Notes: generated by a model from the letters alone, not told the origin. 64,000 nt of DNA from Candidatus Heimdallarchaeota archaeon (GCA_030603365.1 JAUVXV010000014.1:32001-96000), one strand, 5' to 3'. Positions 29,528 to 40,056 are shown, counted from the first letter of the stretch. A program made the numbers and translations.

Positions 29528-30571
29528 CTACTTCTTTGGCTTTAAAGATCTTCTAAATGCTAGTAATCCTTCTACAACTACAAAGATAAGTGATGAATAA
29601 CTTAAAAACACATTTAGAATAATACGATGATAAAGATCATATGTTCTATCATTTCTCAAATTATAATATATCAAAATATCACCAAGTCTATAGAAAGGTG
29701 AAAAAAAGTCATAGAATTTATTATATTCGAATTCTCCATGTCTTTCAATCCCAAACTGATTTATGATGATTTCTGTTTTGTGAGATCTTAGAGCATTCAT
29801 AACAGCTTCTTCTGAAAAAGAAGAAATATTAAGAGCTGTCCATGCATGTACCCTTCCACCATCTTCTTTTTGAGGAGAATGCATATCTGTTCCAGTAATC
29901 ATTCCAATTGAATCATTGTTCTCTTGAACAAAGTAATATGAATCTTCATCAAAATCAACACCATTTATTACCTCAATGAAATCTACTCCCCAGCTCATTA
30001 GAACATAATTTGGAGGGATATACTCTTCAACAAATCTTCTTGTATATTCTGGGTGGTTAAAAGTTACTGTTCCATTTTGTCTGTGAACTTCATCTATTGC
30101 TTGCTTGATATCTACATTTGTTGGATTTCTTGGTATTTTTAAATTCCATTCTTTAATACCTATGAAATTGAGGTGTACAGTATTAGTTGTCCATTCCATT
30201 CCTTGAATTATGATACACTTATTGGCATATTCAGAAGCTAATATTTGAATTTCATCTGCATTTTTCAGTGTATTATGATCTGTTATAACAACAGCTGTAA
30301 AACCAAGAGCTAAGTGCCATTCTATGTTTTGCTTGAGAGTTAGTTTTCCATCACTATATTTTGAGTGTGAATGTTGATCGAGCAATATATCATAAATTAT
30401 ATCGGTTTGAGGATTGAAAGGAACTGAATTTTCCCAACTATCATCAGAGTAGATATACCTTGGTGCTCCAAAAACTCTAGTTAACACACTAGCACCCAAG
30501 ATAATTCCTACTATAATTACAAATATTAATAGATGAACTGCTATAATTCGGAAATTCTTCAAAAATCCCAT
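29528..30571 (-). CDS. Membrane-anchored PHP-domain phosphoesterase
   Basis: DQHSHSKYSDG, ITDHN, GMEWT, NHP, GTDMH; N- and C-terminal TM. Confidence 0.85.
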   Translation of the reverse strand: MGFLKNFRIIAVHLLIFVIIVGIILGASVLTRVFGAPRYIYSDDSWENSVPFNPQTDIIYDILLDQHSHSKYSDGKLTLKQNIEWHLALGFTAVVITDHNTLKNADEIQILASEYANKCIIIQGMEWTTNTVHLNFIGIKEWNLKIPRNPTNVDIKQAIDEVHRQNGTVTFNHPEYTRRFVEEYIPPNYVLMSWGVDFIEVINGVDFDEDSYYFVQENNDSIGMITGTDMHSPQKEDGGRVHAWTALNISSFSEEAVMNALRSHKTEIIINQFGIERHGEFEYNKFYDFFSPFYRLGDILIYYNLRNDRTYDLYHRIILNVFLSYSSLIFVVVEGLLAFRRSLKPKK

Positions 30572-30639
30572 CTAAAAAATAGATTAGATAGGACTTAAAA
30601 AATATTAGTATAAATCAAAAATGTTGGTAAAAGAAAGAA

Positions 30640-30996
30640 TTACTCATGCTTCTTTCTATGTTGTTCGTGAAATTGTTTCAGGACATTAGATACTTCGGCA
30701 ATAAAATCTACCTTCATTGCAGCAGTTTCATAGAACCTAGCTAGTTTGTTTTCTGAAAGAACAATTGAATCTTCTTCATTGATTTTGTATTCAGAAATCT
30801 CAAAATCAACAATGGGTTCTAGAATCATTTCTGTTGTATTTTCACGACGAAGTCGTTTTAGTTTCTTTATTCTCTTTCGAAATTCTGTAATTTTAGTTTC
30901 ATGAGTAATGTCTTCTTCCGCTGTATAGAGATCCAGCACGTTAGATTCCAGTTCAATAGCAAACTTCAGTATTGCTCCAAGTGTTCCTAGGTTCAT
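30640..30996 (-). CDS. Ferritin-like/rubrerythrin-family small protein
   Basis: ILKFAIELE, E..LARFYE helices; start likely 30996. Confidence 0.6.
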   Translation of the reverse strand: MNLGTLGAILKFAIELESNVLDLYTAEEDITHETKITEFRKRIKKLKRLRRENTTEMILEPIVDFEISEYKINEEDSIVLSENKLARFYETAAMKVDFIAEVSNVLKQFHEQHRKKHE

Positions 30997-31013
30997 AATT
31001 TCACCAAATTCTT

Positions 31014-32471
31014 CTAAAACCATCTAGTAATAACTACTTTTTCTTCTGTGAAGAAGTCTACAGCATTTTTACCCTGTCCATGAAGATCTCCTTTGAAACT
31101 ATCCTTCATTCCAGAAAATGGAAAAGAGGATATTGGAGCAGCTACACCTATGTTTATACCAATATTACCTGCTTTAACTCTATACTGATATTCTCTTGCT
31201 GATTTACCACTCGATGTAAATATTGAGGAGGCATTGCCATATGGATTTTTGTGTATAATATCAATAGCTTCATCTAGATTTTGTACTTGTATGATTGGAA
31301 TTACAGGACCAAAAATCTCCTCTTGAGCTATAGTCATTTCAGGAGTAACTTTATCGAAAATTGTGGGCCCTACAAAATATCCATTCTTTAATTTATCTTC
31401 AACTTCAACATCTCTTCCATCTAAGATCAATTCAGCTCCTTCTTCAATTCCTTTTTGGATATATTTCAAGACATTATTCTTACCAACTTCGGAGGCTAAT
31501 GGACCCATCTGGACATCGTCTTCAAGACCATACCCTATCTTTAGTTTCTTAGCTGATTCTAAAATAGCATCTCGTAAAGGCTCATAAATTTCTCCAACCA
31601 CTAATAATACTCCACCAGCAAGGCATCTTTGTCCTGAATTACCATAGAATGTTGTAATAAGATTTGGAACAGTTCTTTCTAGATTTGCATCAGGCATTAC
31701 TGTTATGAAATTCTTTGCTCCACCTTGAACTTGAACTCTTTTTCCTTCCTCTCCACATTTCTTATAGAGAAGTTTACCAACTTTTGTAGAACCAACAAAT
31801 GAAAGACCAACGGTATCTGGACTTTCAATAAGTGTGTTTACAACTTCTGCTCCTCCATGTACCATATTTATCACACCATCTGGCAACCCTAAATCATCAA
31901 GAAGCTCAAACTGCTTAGCCATAGTCATAGGGCATTGTTCAGAAGGTTTCACAATGTAGGTATTTCCAGTAGCAATTGCATAAGGCCAGAACCATGAAGG
32001 AACCATAGCGGGAAAATTAAATGGAGCGACACAGAAGAATACCCCCAAGGGTTGTTTTATTACCATTTCATCTATACCCGAAGCTACATCTTCAATGTTA
32101 TATCCCATTTGTAAAGTAGGGATACTTGTTGCTGTCTCAATGTTTTCTATAGTTCTTCGATATTCTCCAATAGATTCATCAATTGGTTTACCATGTTCTA
32201 TAGTTGTAATTTCTGCCAGTTCTTCAAAATTCTCTTCCAATGCATCTCTAAAATCATACAAGTATCTAATTCTGGATTGAGCAGGAGTTTTTCTCCAACT
32301 CCAAAAAGCATCATTTGCTACTTTTATTGCTTCAAGTGTATCTTCTTTTGTGCTCATTGGGGTTTTGGTGATAATCTCTCCAGTTGCAGGATTTATTACA
32401 TTTCTAGTTTTTTCGGTTCTTGATGCAACCCATTGACCATTGATATAGTTTTTAAGAACTTCTCCATTCAT
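31014..32471 (-). CDS. mmsA: CoA-acylating (methyl)malonate-semialdehyde dehydrogenase
   Basis: PFNFPAMVP, FVGST, GGAKN, GQRCLA, EEIFGPV, GDLHGQG. Confidence 0.9.
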   Translation of the reverse strand: MNGEVLKNYINGQWVASRTEKTRNVINPATGEIITKTPMSTKEDTLEAIKVANDAFWSWRKTPAQSRIRYLYDFRDALEENFEELAEITTIEHGKPIDESIGEYRRTIENIETATSIPTLQMGYNIEDVASGIDEMVIKQPLGVFFCVAPFNFPAMVPSWFWPYAIATGNTYIVKPSEQCPMTMAKQFELLDDLGLPDGVINMVHGGAEVVNTLIESPDTVGLSFVGSTKVGKLLYKKCGEEGKRVQVQGGAKNFITVMPDANLERTVPNLITTFYGNSGQRCLAGGVLLVVGEIYEPLRDAILESAKKLKIGYGLEDDVQMGPLASEVGKNNVLKYIQKGIEEGAELILDGRDVEVEDKLKNGYFVGPTIFDKVTPEMTIAQEEIFGPVIPIIQVQNLDEAIDIIHKNPYGNASSIFTSSGKSAREYQYRVKAGNIGINIGVAAPISSFPFSGMKDSFKGDLHGQGKNAVDFFTEEKVVITRWF

Positions 32472-32583
32472 CTTATCACTTCATAAAGCTCGTTAATTGA
32501 TTATTTGTTGACAATTTTTAAATGTTAGCAATTTTAAAGAAAATCATCAATATAATAAAGATTCAGTATTCAGAATCTAAACT

Positions 32584-33885
32584 GTGATTAATATGAAATC
32601 TGATGATATTAAAAGTAAAGATAAGGAGTTTTATATTCAAGGTTATACTCGTGTTCCAATTGTTCTTACGGAGGGTAAGGGCGCTCTACTAAAAGATTTG
32701 GATGGTAATGAGTATATTGACTGTTTTGCGGGAATCGCAGTAACTAATGTAGGTCATGCTCATGAAAGACTTGTCAAAGCTGCAACAGACCAGATGTCGA
32801 AACTAATCCACACTTCTGGAAGATTCTTTAACATTCCTCAAACATTACTTGCAGAAAAAATAGCTGAAATAACTCCTGGTGATTTGAAGTATTCTTATTT
32901 GTGTAACAGCGGTTCAGAAGCCATTGAAAACGCAGTTAAACTTGTTAAGAAATATGCCACTTCTAGAGGAAAAACAGGTGCTGCACTTATTGCTTTAGAA
33001 GGTTCTTTTCATGGTCGATTGGGGTATGCATTTAGTTTAACTGGCCAATCAAAATATAAGAAAGGATTCTCTTCCTACGCTAATTTGCAAGGAGTAGTTC
33101 ATGCTCCTACTCCCTATCCATATAGGTCAAAATTATCTGAAGAAGAATGTGGAGAGGAAGCTGCTCTAGCTGTTGAAAATGTGATAGACTATCATACAGC
33201 TGGTGATGTTGCAGCTTTTTTCATTGAACCTATTCTGGGTGAAGGTGGAATAATAGTACCTCCTGATTCTTATTTCAATACACTATTAGGAATTCTGAAA
33301 GAAAGAGATATACCTTTTGTATCAGATGAGGTTCAATCAGGTTTTGGTAGGTCTGGAAGGATGTTTGCAGGAGATCACTGGAATCTTAAACCAGATTTGA
33401 TGACACTTGCTAAAGGATTTGGTGGAGGAATGCCTATTGGTGCAGCAGTAGCTACAAGTAAAATTGCAAATTGCGTTCAACCTGGAGATTTCTTTTCTAC
33501 ATATGGTGGAAATCCTGTCTGTTCAGCTGTAGCCTTGGAAAATATTAATATCATCGAAGATGAGAAACTTGTTGAAAATTCCGCAAAAATTGGTAATATG
33601 TTCATGCAAGGATTAGAGGACCTTCAGAGAAGAAATACAATAATTGGAGATGTTAGAGGAAAAGGATTAATGATAGGTATAGAATTAGTAAGTGATCCAA
33701 GTACTAAGAAACCTGCATCAGAAGAAGCAAAGAAGATAGTTAATATACTAAAAAATGATGGTGTTATTCTTGGTCTTGGTGGAATACTTGGAAATGTTCT
33801 AAGATTACAGCCTCCTTTATGTATTACAGAAGAACAATCTAAAACAGTTTTAGATAAATTTGAGGTAGGACTAAGCAGACTTTAA
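32584..33885 (+). CDS. Class III (omega-amino acid) aminotransferase
   Basis: NSGSEA, FHGR, EPILGEGG, DEVQSGFGRSG, AKG. Confidence 0.9.
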   Translation: MINMKSDDIKSKDKEFYIQGYTRVPIVLTEGKGALLKDLDGNEYIDCFAGIAVTNVGHAHERLVKAATDQMSKLIHTSGRFFNIPQTLLAEKIAEITPGDLKYSYLCNSGSEAIENAVKLVKKYATSRGKTGAALIALEGSFHGRLGYAFSLTGQSKYKKGFSSYANLQGVVHAPTPYPYRSKLSEEECGEEAALAVENVIDYHTAGDVAAFFIEPILGEGGIIVPPDSYFNTLLGILKERDIPFVSDEVQSGFGRSGRMFAGDHWNLKPDLMTLAKGFGGGMPIGAAVATSKIANCVQPGDFFSTYGGNPVCSAVALENINIIEDEKLVENSAKIGNMFMQGLEDLQRRNTIIGDVRGKGLMIGIELVSDPSTKKPASEEAKKIVNILKNDGVILGLGGILGNVLRLQPPLCITEEQSKTVLDKFEVGLSRL

Positions 33886-33929
33886 TTTCCAATTTCTAGC
33901 TACTAAGCAATGAAGAGAATATGGAGATG

Positions 33930-35045
33930 CTAAGTTTCAACGATTCTATTATATTTTACTAATATCTCTTTTATCCTATCATGAGAAATTGAATAAACAG
34001 TATTTCCATTTATTCCTTTCATGGTTTCAGCATTTACAAGTGCATTTATTATTGCTTCTTCAGTTGCTTCTGCAGTTGCTTTGAACATTATCGAGAGTTG
34101 TGAATCATCAAGGCTTTCCAATTGATGTATATCTTTAGGAAATTTACTTTTAGAATCAAATTTATTATGTGTAGAAAATGCTAGAAAAATATCTCCCGAA
34201 GTATGACCGCCGTAACCTCCAACTCTTGCTAATCCTGCAGGTATTCTTTTTGTTAGCCTTTTCAGTTGATATGGTAAAAGAGGAGCATCTGTAGCTAAAA
34301 TAACAATAATAGAGCCATTCTCGTTTTCTGAGTCAATGCCTTCTTCTCTTTTAATTTTAGGGAGGTCTTCATTCTTCATCTCTTCTCCAACAGGAACTCC
34401 TGAGATAGTTAGATGATTTCTTATTCCATAATTTGCTTGAACAAGAACACCTAGACCAAATTTTCCTTGTTCAGTAACTATAATTCGGGAACTAGTACCG
34501 ATACCACCTTTGAATTGATGACATATCATTCCTGTTCCACCACCAACATTCCCCTCTTGTACTTGCCCATCTGTCGCATTTTCAAGAGCTAATATGACAT
34601 GTTCTTCTTTAACATGAAAACCATTAATGTCATTTAGTATTCCATCATAAGTCTCCGCAACAACAGGTAGAAACCAAACAAATTGCTGGTTAAAAAAACC
34701 ATTTTCAATAGACCATTTTATTATTGAATCTCTTACTAAACCTACACTATGAGTGTTTGTTATGCAAATTGGTCCTCTCAGTTTTCCAGCTTCTTTTATC
34801 CAGTGAGAACCAGTCATCTCTCCATTTCCATTATAAGAATATATAGCAGCATGAACTTCTGCTAATGTCTTATTAACTGGGAAAATTGCTGTTACACCTG
34901 TACGAATAGGTCCTTTACCAACAGCAAGATCACCATCTTTTTCTATGATTGTTGAATGCCCGATTAAGACTCCTCTAACATCAGTAATTGCATTGTTTTT
35001 TCCAGCTAATCCATCAAAGATAATTCCTAGCTCTCTAGCTTTCAT
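33930..35045 (-). CDS. dmpA: P1/S58 peptidase (DmpA/BapA-type aminopeptidase)
   Basis: NAITDV.GV..GH, NGNGEMTG, GNVGGGTGM, GSII autocleavage site, SGD. Confidence 0.88.
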   Translation of the reverse strand: MKARELGIIFDGLAGKNNAITDVRGVLIGHSTIIEKDGDLAVGKGPIRTGVTAIFPVNKTLAEVHAAIYSYNGNGEMTGSHWIKEAGKLRGPICITNTHSVGLVRDSIIKWSIENGFFNQQFVWFLPVVAETYDGILNDINGFHVKEEHVILALENATDGQVQEGNVGGGTGMICHQFKGGIGTSSRIIVTEQGKFGLGVLVQANYGIRNHLTISGVPVGEEMKNEDLPKIKREEGIDSENENGSIIVILATDAPLLPYQLKRLTKRIPAGLARVGGYGGHTSGDIFLAFSTHNKFDSKSKFPKDIHQLESLDDSQLSIMFKATAEATEEAIINALVNAETMKGINGNTVYSISHDRIKEILVKYNRIVET

Positions 35046-35105
35046 ACTTTCTGATTCTGAAAATCACATTTAAGTTTAGTGAAAAAAAGAGAAGAAAGAA
35101 TCTCA

Positions 35106-36290
35106 CTATTTTCTTTTTCTTCTAATAATAGTTGTTATAAAAATGACACTTACGATCAAAGTTGTTAGTGCAAAATAGCTACTTTGTTCTGTTAGTGTAG
35201 GTGTAGGTGTAGGTGTTATCAGTATAGATGGATCTAATACTGCTCTTACGGCTTTTGAAGCATTAAGAAGACCATATCCAAAGTAGATATCTTTACCTGA
35301 ATCACCTAGATCAGTTGCAGAGTTAAAAAGGATGTATTTGATTTCATCCACCGTTAATGAATTATTCAGAGATTTCATTAAGGCAATTACTGCAGCTACT
35401 TGAGGTGCAGCGAAGGAAGTTCCCCAACCAGAGTAATAGAGATCTGGTGGTGCTGTACTTCTGATATTTATAGCGTTTTCATCACCAACTGGTGCTACTA
35501 TGTCAGTCCAGTTACCATAATTACTATAATCAGCTTTAAGCTTATTGACATTTGTTGCTCCAACAGAAATAACTTCATCATATCCTCCAGGATAGGATTG
35601 ATATTCTTGCCCACCCAAGGGAAGGAAAGTATTTCCCGTAACTGAAACTACTGGAACATTTTGGCTTATGGCATACAGAATGTCATCATAGTATTCCGCG
35701 CTATCTGGATAATAGTGAAGACTCAAATTAATAACATCAGCTCCATTGTCAACTGCATATCTGATAGCATCTCCAAATTCTTCCATAGTAACTCCATTAT
35801 AGTTATTTTCTAGTAAAACACGGATATCCATTACAGTAACATTAGGTGCAACACCAACTACCCCCTCATTATCTTTTGGAGCAGTTATGAGCCCTGTAAT
35901 AAAAGTTGCATGCCAATTGATAGGATCATCAAATTCTGGTCCTGGAACACTATCATTGGAAACAAAATCCCAGCCATTGATATCATCTATGTATCCATTT
36001 CCATCATCATCAATAGAGTTATTGAATATCTCACCAGTATTGACCCAGGCTGAAGCGTTCAAATCTGGATGGTTGAAGTCGATTCCTGAGTCAATTACAG
36101 CGATGGTAATATCTTTTGAACCGTAAGTAATTTCCCATGCCCCTTCAGAATGAATATGAGAGTGATGAAAAGAGTTTTCATAATTTATTGCTGATACGAG
36201 ATTTAGATTGCTATTTTGTTTTGGATTAAACGATAATAGCACTAGTGTCATAACAAATAATAATGAATACTGAAATTTCTTATTAATCAT
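35106..36290 (-). CDS. Secreted S8 subtilisin-like peptidase with PT linker and C-terminal anchor
   Basis: VIDSG, HAT, GTSFAAPQVA; DDDGNGYIDD Ca loop; TPTPTPT. Confidence 0.92.
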   Translation of the reverse strand: MINKKFQYSLLFVMTLVLLSFNPKQNSNLNLVSAINYENSFHHSHIHSEGAWEITYGSKDITIAVIDSGIDFNHPDLNASAWVNTGEIFNNSIDDDGNGYIDDINGWDFVSNDSVPGPEFDDPINWHATFITGLITAPKDNEGVVGVAPNVTVMDIRVLLENNYNGVTMEEFGDAIRYAVDNGADVINLSLHYYPDSAEYYDDILYAISQNVPVVSVTGNTFLPLGGQEYQSYPGGYDEVISVGATNVNKLKADYSNYGNWTDIVAPVGDENAINIRSTAPPDLYYSGWGTSFAAPQVAAVIALMKSLNNSLTVDEIKYILFNSATDLGDSGKDIYFGYGLLNASKAVRAVLDPSILITPTPTPTLTEQSSYFALTTLIVSVIFITTIIRRKRK

Positions 36291-36371
36291 AATTATAATT
36301 TAGTACACAAGTTCATAAATTTATTCTAAAAACATTAAATATTGAGCTCTTAGTATTTTTGTTCAAACAGA

Positions 36372-37223
36372 GTGATTATTAAACACTTCAATAGAAAACA
36401 GTTTGAAATGATTAAAGAGCATCTTGAAAATCTCAATAATTACTTTGTGAACAAGAAGACTGTCATAGCCTTTTCAGGAGGAGTAGATAGCACTGTTCTA
36501 CTTGAGTTTGCACTGCAGAATGCAAAAAGTGTTTTAGCAGTAACAGTTCAATCAAGTCTTGTCCCCACTGAAGAACAAGATTATGCTATTGGTTATCTTA
36601 AAGAAAGAAATGTTCAGTTCAAAGTAATTCAAGTTGACCCTCTGCAGCACCTAAAAGTGGTAAATAATGATGAAAGAAGATGCTATTACTGCAAGAAACT
36701 AATTTTCGAAACTATTATTCATGAATCAAAAGATTTTGATCCTGACATAATTGTTGAGGGGTCCAATGTTACTGATCTATCTGATTATCGACCTGGGATG
36801 GAAGCTGTTAAGGAATTAAAAATTAGAAGTCCATATCTCGAATTGAATATCACAAAAAATGAAATAAGGGGATTAGCAAAAATTCTTAGTTTGAAAATTG
36901 CACATAAACCAGCTACAACTTGTTTGGCTACAAGAATTCCTTATGGTCAAATTATAAGCAAAGAAAGATTAAGCAGAATTGAAGAAGCTGAGAAAATTAT
37001 CAAGAAAATCATCCCTGTTTCTGTTTTAAGAGTAAGAGATCATGAAGATATAGCTAGAATAGAAATTCTAGAAGAAAATTTTGAAATGTTTCTACAAAAG
37101 AAAACTAGAAACAAAATTAAGCAAAAGCTGAAGAAAATTGGCTTTTCATATATAGCCCTTGATTTGAATGGGTATAAACAAGGGTCGATGAATATTAACA
37201 TAGAAGGTGTAGAAAATGACTAA
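36372..37223 (+). CDS. larE: ATP-dependent sulfur transferase for the nickel-pincer cofactor
   Basis: SGGVDS PP-loop, RCYYCKK, DYRPG, CLATRIPYG, RVR. Confidence 0.92.
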   Translation: MIIKHFNRKQFEMIKEHLENLNNYFVNKKTVIAFSGGVDSTVLLEFALQNAKSVLAVTVQSSLVPTEEQDYAIGYLKERNVQFKVIQVDPLQHLKVVNNDERRCYYCKKLIFETIIHESKDFDPDIIVEGSNVTDLSDYRPGMEAVKELKIRSPYLELNITKNEIRGLAKILSLKIAHKPATTCLATRIPYGQIISKERLSRIEEAEKIIKKIIPVSVLRVRDHEDIARIEILEENFEMFLQKKTRNKIKQKLKKIGFSYIALDLNGYKQGSMNINIEGVEND

Positions 37224-38451
37224 AGCAATTATTATAGACCCAAGAAATGCAGGTAGTTCTGGAGATATGTTTCTTTCTGTTTTTCTTGACTTATTTGAGG
37301 ATGAAGTTTCTTTACAAGAATTAGTGGAGTTAATAAATAAGAAGTTTAATTCAGGGATGTCAGTTGAGGTTCAAAAAATTCAAAAAAAAGGAATCCAATC
37401 AACTCACCTGCAAATAGAAATAGAAAATGATATTAAGAAAAAGCATGCAAAAGATCTTCTTTCGTACTGCAAAATGGTTTTAGCTGAATTAAACATAACA
37501 GAAAAAGCAGCAAAGCTAGCTGAAAAAATGTTCATGACATTATTTGAAGCTGAGTCAAAGGTTCATGGGGAAAATATTGATGAACTTCATTTACACGAAA
37601 CAGCTAGTTTGGATACCATCCTAGATATTATTGGTACTGTATTTTTGTTAGAAAAGAATAATGCCCTCGACATGTCTATCTTAGGATTACCAGTTAATGT
37701 TGGAAGTGGTTTTGTAACCTTCTCCCACGGAAAAATGGCTGTTCCACCACCAGCTGTTTTAGAGATTCTAAAGAGTAAAGAATATCCGTTCTTTAGTGAT
37801 GAAGTAGATGGAGAATTATTAACACCAACAGGTGCAACAATTCTAACTAATTTGGTTAATAAGAAAATTCAAACTTTACCTCCAGTTAAAATACAAAAGA
37901 TAGGATATGGAGCTGGTAACAAGGAAATTCCTTCCAGATCTAATGTAATTAGAGTAATGGAAGCAGAAATTGAAGATGAACAATCAAAGAATTACTTAAT
38001 GATGCTCGAAACACATCTAGATGATGTAACTGGTGAGTTATTGGGTGGTATAATGAAGAAATTACTAGAAAACCAAGCTCTGGATGTTTCTTATTATCCA
38101 TTGTTGATGAAGAAGAATCGTCCTGCATATTGTCTTAGAGTTATTTGTGAGGAAGATAAGTCTCCTGAACTTGCGAATATGATTATGAAAGAATTAGGTA
38201 CTTTAGGAGTAAGAGAAAACCGATTTGCTAGGTATGAATTAGAAAGAAGAGTTGTTACAAAGAAATTCTTCATTGAAGAAAAAAAATTCGAATGTAGATA
38301 CAAAGAAAGAATTCTCAATGGTGAAGTGATTGGAGTAAAGCCAGAGTATGAAGATGTGATAGCTATTTCTGAAGAAACTAATATACCTTTAATCGATTTA
38401 GAAAGCAAACTCGTTAATTTTTATCACATAGGAGATGAATTCTGTGAATAG
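37216..38451 (+). CDS. larC: Nickel insertase (full-length C1+C2)
   Basis: AGSSGDM, AESKVHG, HLHE, TPTGA, GYGAG, ETHLDD, MKKNRP, KPEYED. Confidence 0.92.
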   Translation: MTKAIIIDPRNAGSSGDMFLSVFLDLFEDEVSLQELVELINKKFNSGMSVEVQKIQKKGIQSTHLQIEIENDIKKKHAKDLLSYCKMVLAELNITEKAAKLAEKMFMTLFEAESKVHGENIDELHLHETASLDTILDIIGTVFLLEKNNALDMSILGLPVNVGSGFVTFSHGKMAVPPPAVLEILKSKEYPFFSDEVDGELLTPTGATILTNLVNKKIQTLPPVKIQKIGYGAGNKEIPSRSNVIRVMEAEIEDEQSKNYLMMLETHLDDVTGELLGGIMKKLLENQALDVSYYPLLMKKNRPAYCLRVICEEDKSPELANMIMKELGTLGVRENRFARYELERRVVTKKFFIEEKKFECRYKERILNGEVIGVKPEYEDVIAISEETNIPLIDLESKLVNFYHIGDEFCE

Positions 38452-39220
38452 AAAAGAAATCTTAGAAAAACTAGTGAACAATGAGATTTCAATCGAAGAA
38501 GCTGATAGAATTTTATCATCTGTTCAGATTGAAGAAGTAGGAAATATCGCAAATTATGATCTGTTCAGAGAAAGAAGAACAGGAATTCCTGAGATCATCT
38601 ATTCAGAGACAAAAAGTCCTGAAATGGTATTAGAGATTGCTGAGAAAGTATTGACTAAGAAACCAATTGTTTTGCTATCCAGAATGAAACCCGAACACGT
38701 TGAAATAATTAAGAAGCTTGAACAGAACTACGACCTTGAATTTGGAACTAATCACAATTTCTGCAGGATTAAACACAAAAACTTCACTCTTAATTTAGAT
38801 AAAGGAAAAATTGGTATAATAACAGCTGGCACATCTGACTTACCAGTTGCAGAAGAAGCCAGAGCTATTGCAGAAATGATGGGTTGCGAGGTTCATCTAA
38901 TCAATGATGTTGGTGTTGCTGGCATTCATAGACTCTTTCAACCATTAAAAGAATTAATAGAAAAACAAATTGATGCTCTTATTGTTGCTGCTGGAATGGA
39001 AGGAGCTTTACCTACTGTAATAGCAGGATTAGTTGACATACCAGTTATTGGATTACCAATATCTACTGGTTATGGTTTTGGGGGTAAAGGTGAAACAGCA
39101 TTGATGAGTATGCTCCAAACTTGTTCTCTAGGTTTAGCAGTAGTAAATATTGATGCTGGAATCAGTGCAGGAGCTATGGCGGCAAAAATCGCATCTAGAA
39201 GATATGAACAAAAAGGTTAA
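38435..39220 (+). CDS. larB: Pyridinium-3,5-biscarboxylic acid mononucleotide synthase
   Basis: R..RTGIPE, AGTSDLPVAEEA, DVGVAGIHRL, AGMEGALP, VVNID. Confidence 0.93.
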   Translation: MNSVNRKEILEKLVNNEISIEEADRILSSVQIEEVGNIANYDLFRERRTGIPEIIYSETKSPEMVLEIAEKVLTKKPIVLLSRMKPEHVEIIKKLEQNYDLEFGTNHNFCRIKHKNFTLNLDKGKIGIITAGTSDLPVAEEARAIAEMMGCEVHLINDVGVAGIHRLFQPLKELIEKQIDALIVAAGMEGALPTVIAGLVDIPVIGLPISTGYGFGGKGETALMSMLQTCSLGLAVVNIDAGISAGAMAAKIASRRYEQKG

Positions 39221-39245
39221 TATTATCAAGTAGAGATTACGAACA

Positions 39246-40037
39246 ATGAATATAGTAATTACTGGTAGTTCTAAAGGGATAGGATTAGCATTAGCAAAAG
39301 AATTCTTGAAATATGGAGATAGCGTTGTAATCTCATCTCGTAATGAAGAGAGAGTAAATGGCACAGTTAAAAACCTAAAATCAGAATTTCCTGAGACAAA
39401 AGTTCTAGGTATAAAATGTGATGTAACTCAACCATCCGATGTAGCAAATCTAGCTAAATCCACATTGGATACATTTGGAACCATAGATATTTGGATAAAC
39501 AATGCTGGAACCAGTGGATTTCAATATCAACCCCTACAAGATGTAGATGATGAAATTCTTCAACAAGTATTTGAGACAAACATTCTTGGAACCCTTTATG
39601 GTTGTAAAGAAGCAATCAAGATAATGAAAGAACAGAAACAAGGAAAAATCTTCAATTTCGCAGGGATGGGAGCAAATGGAATGGCTTCACCCAATCTGGC
39701 AGCATATGGAGCATCAAAAAGTGCTATTCCTCAGCTAACTAAATCTCTCGCTAAAGAACTCAAAGAATCTGGAGTTCTAATAAATCACGTAAATCCTGGT
39801 TTAGTAGTAACAGATTTTATAACTACTAATACTCCTTCTGAAGCAGCAACTATTTTCAACATCTTGGCCAGTAGACCTGAAAAAGTTGCTAAATTCATCG
39901 TACAAAAAATGAGGACTATCAACAAGAGTAACAAAAACATAAATTACATGAAAACAGGTAAAGCATTCTGGAGATTTATGACTGCAGGTTTCAGAAAAGG
40001 GAAATATTTCGATAAAGAAGGTAATTTCAAAGGTTGA
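39246..40037 (+). CDS. Short-chain dehydrogenase/reductase, NOL/NYC1-like
   Basis: TGSSKGIG, IDIWINNAG, YGASK. Confidence 0.85.
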   Translation: MNIVITGSSKGIGLALAKEFLKYGDSVVISSRNEERVNGTVKNLKSEFPETKVLGIKCDVTQPSDVANLAKSTLDTFGTIDIWINNAGTSGFQYQPLQDVDDEILQQVFETNILGTLYGCKEAIKIMKEQKQGKIFNFAGMGANGMASPNLAAYGASKSAIPQLTKSLAKELKESGVLINHVNPGLVVTDFITTNTPSEAATIFNILASRPEKVAKFIVQKMRTINKSNKNINYMKTGKAFWRFMTAGFRKGKYFDKEGNFKG

Positions 40038-40056
40038 ATATGAATGCTTTGCTTAT

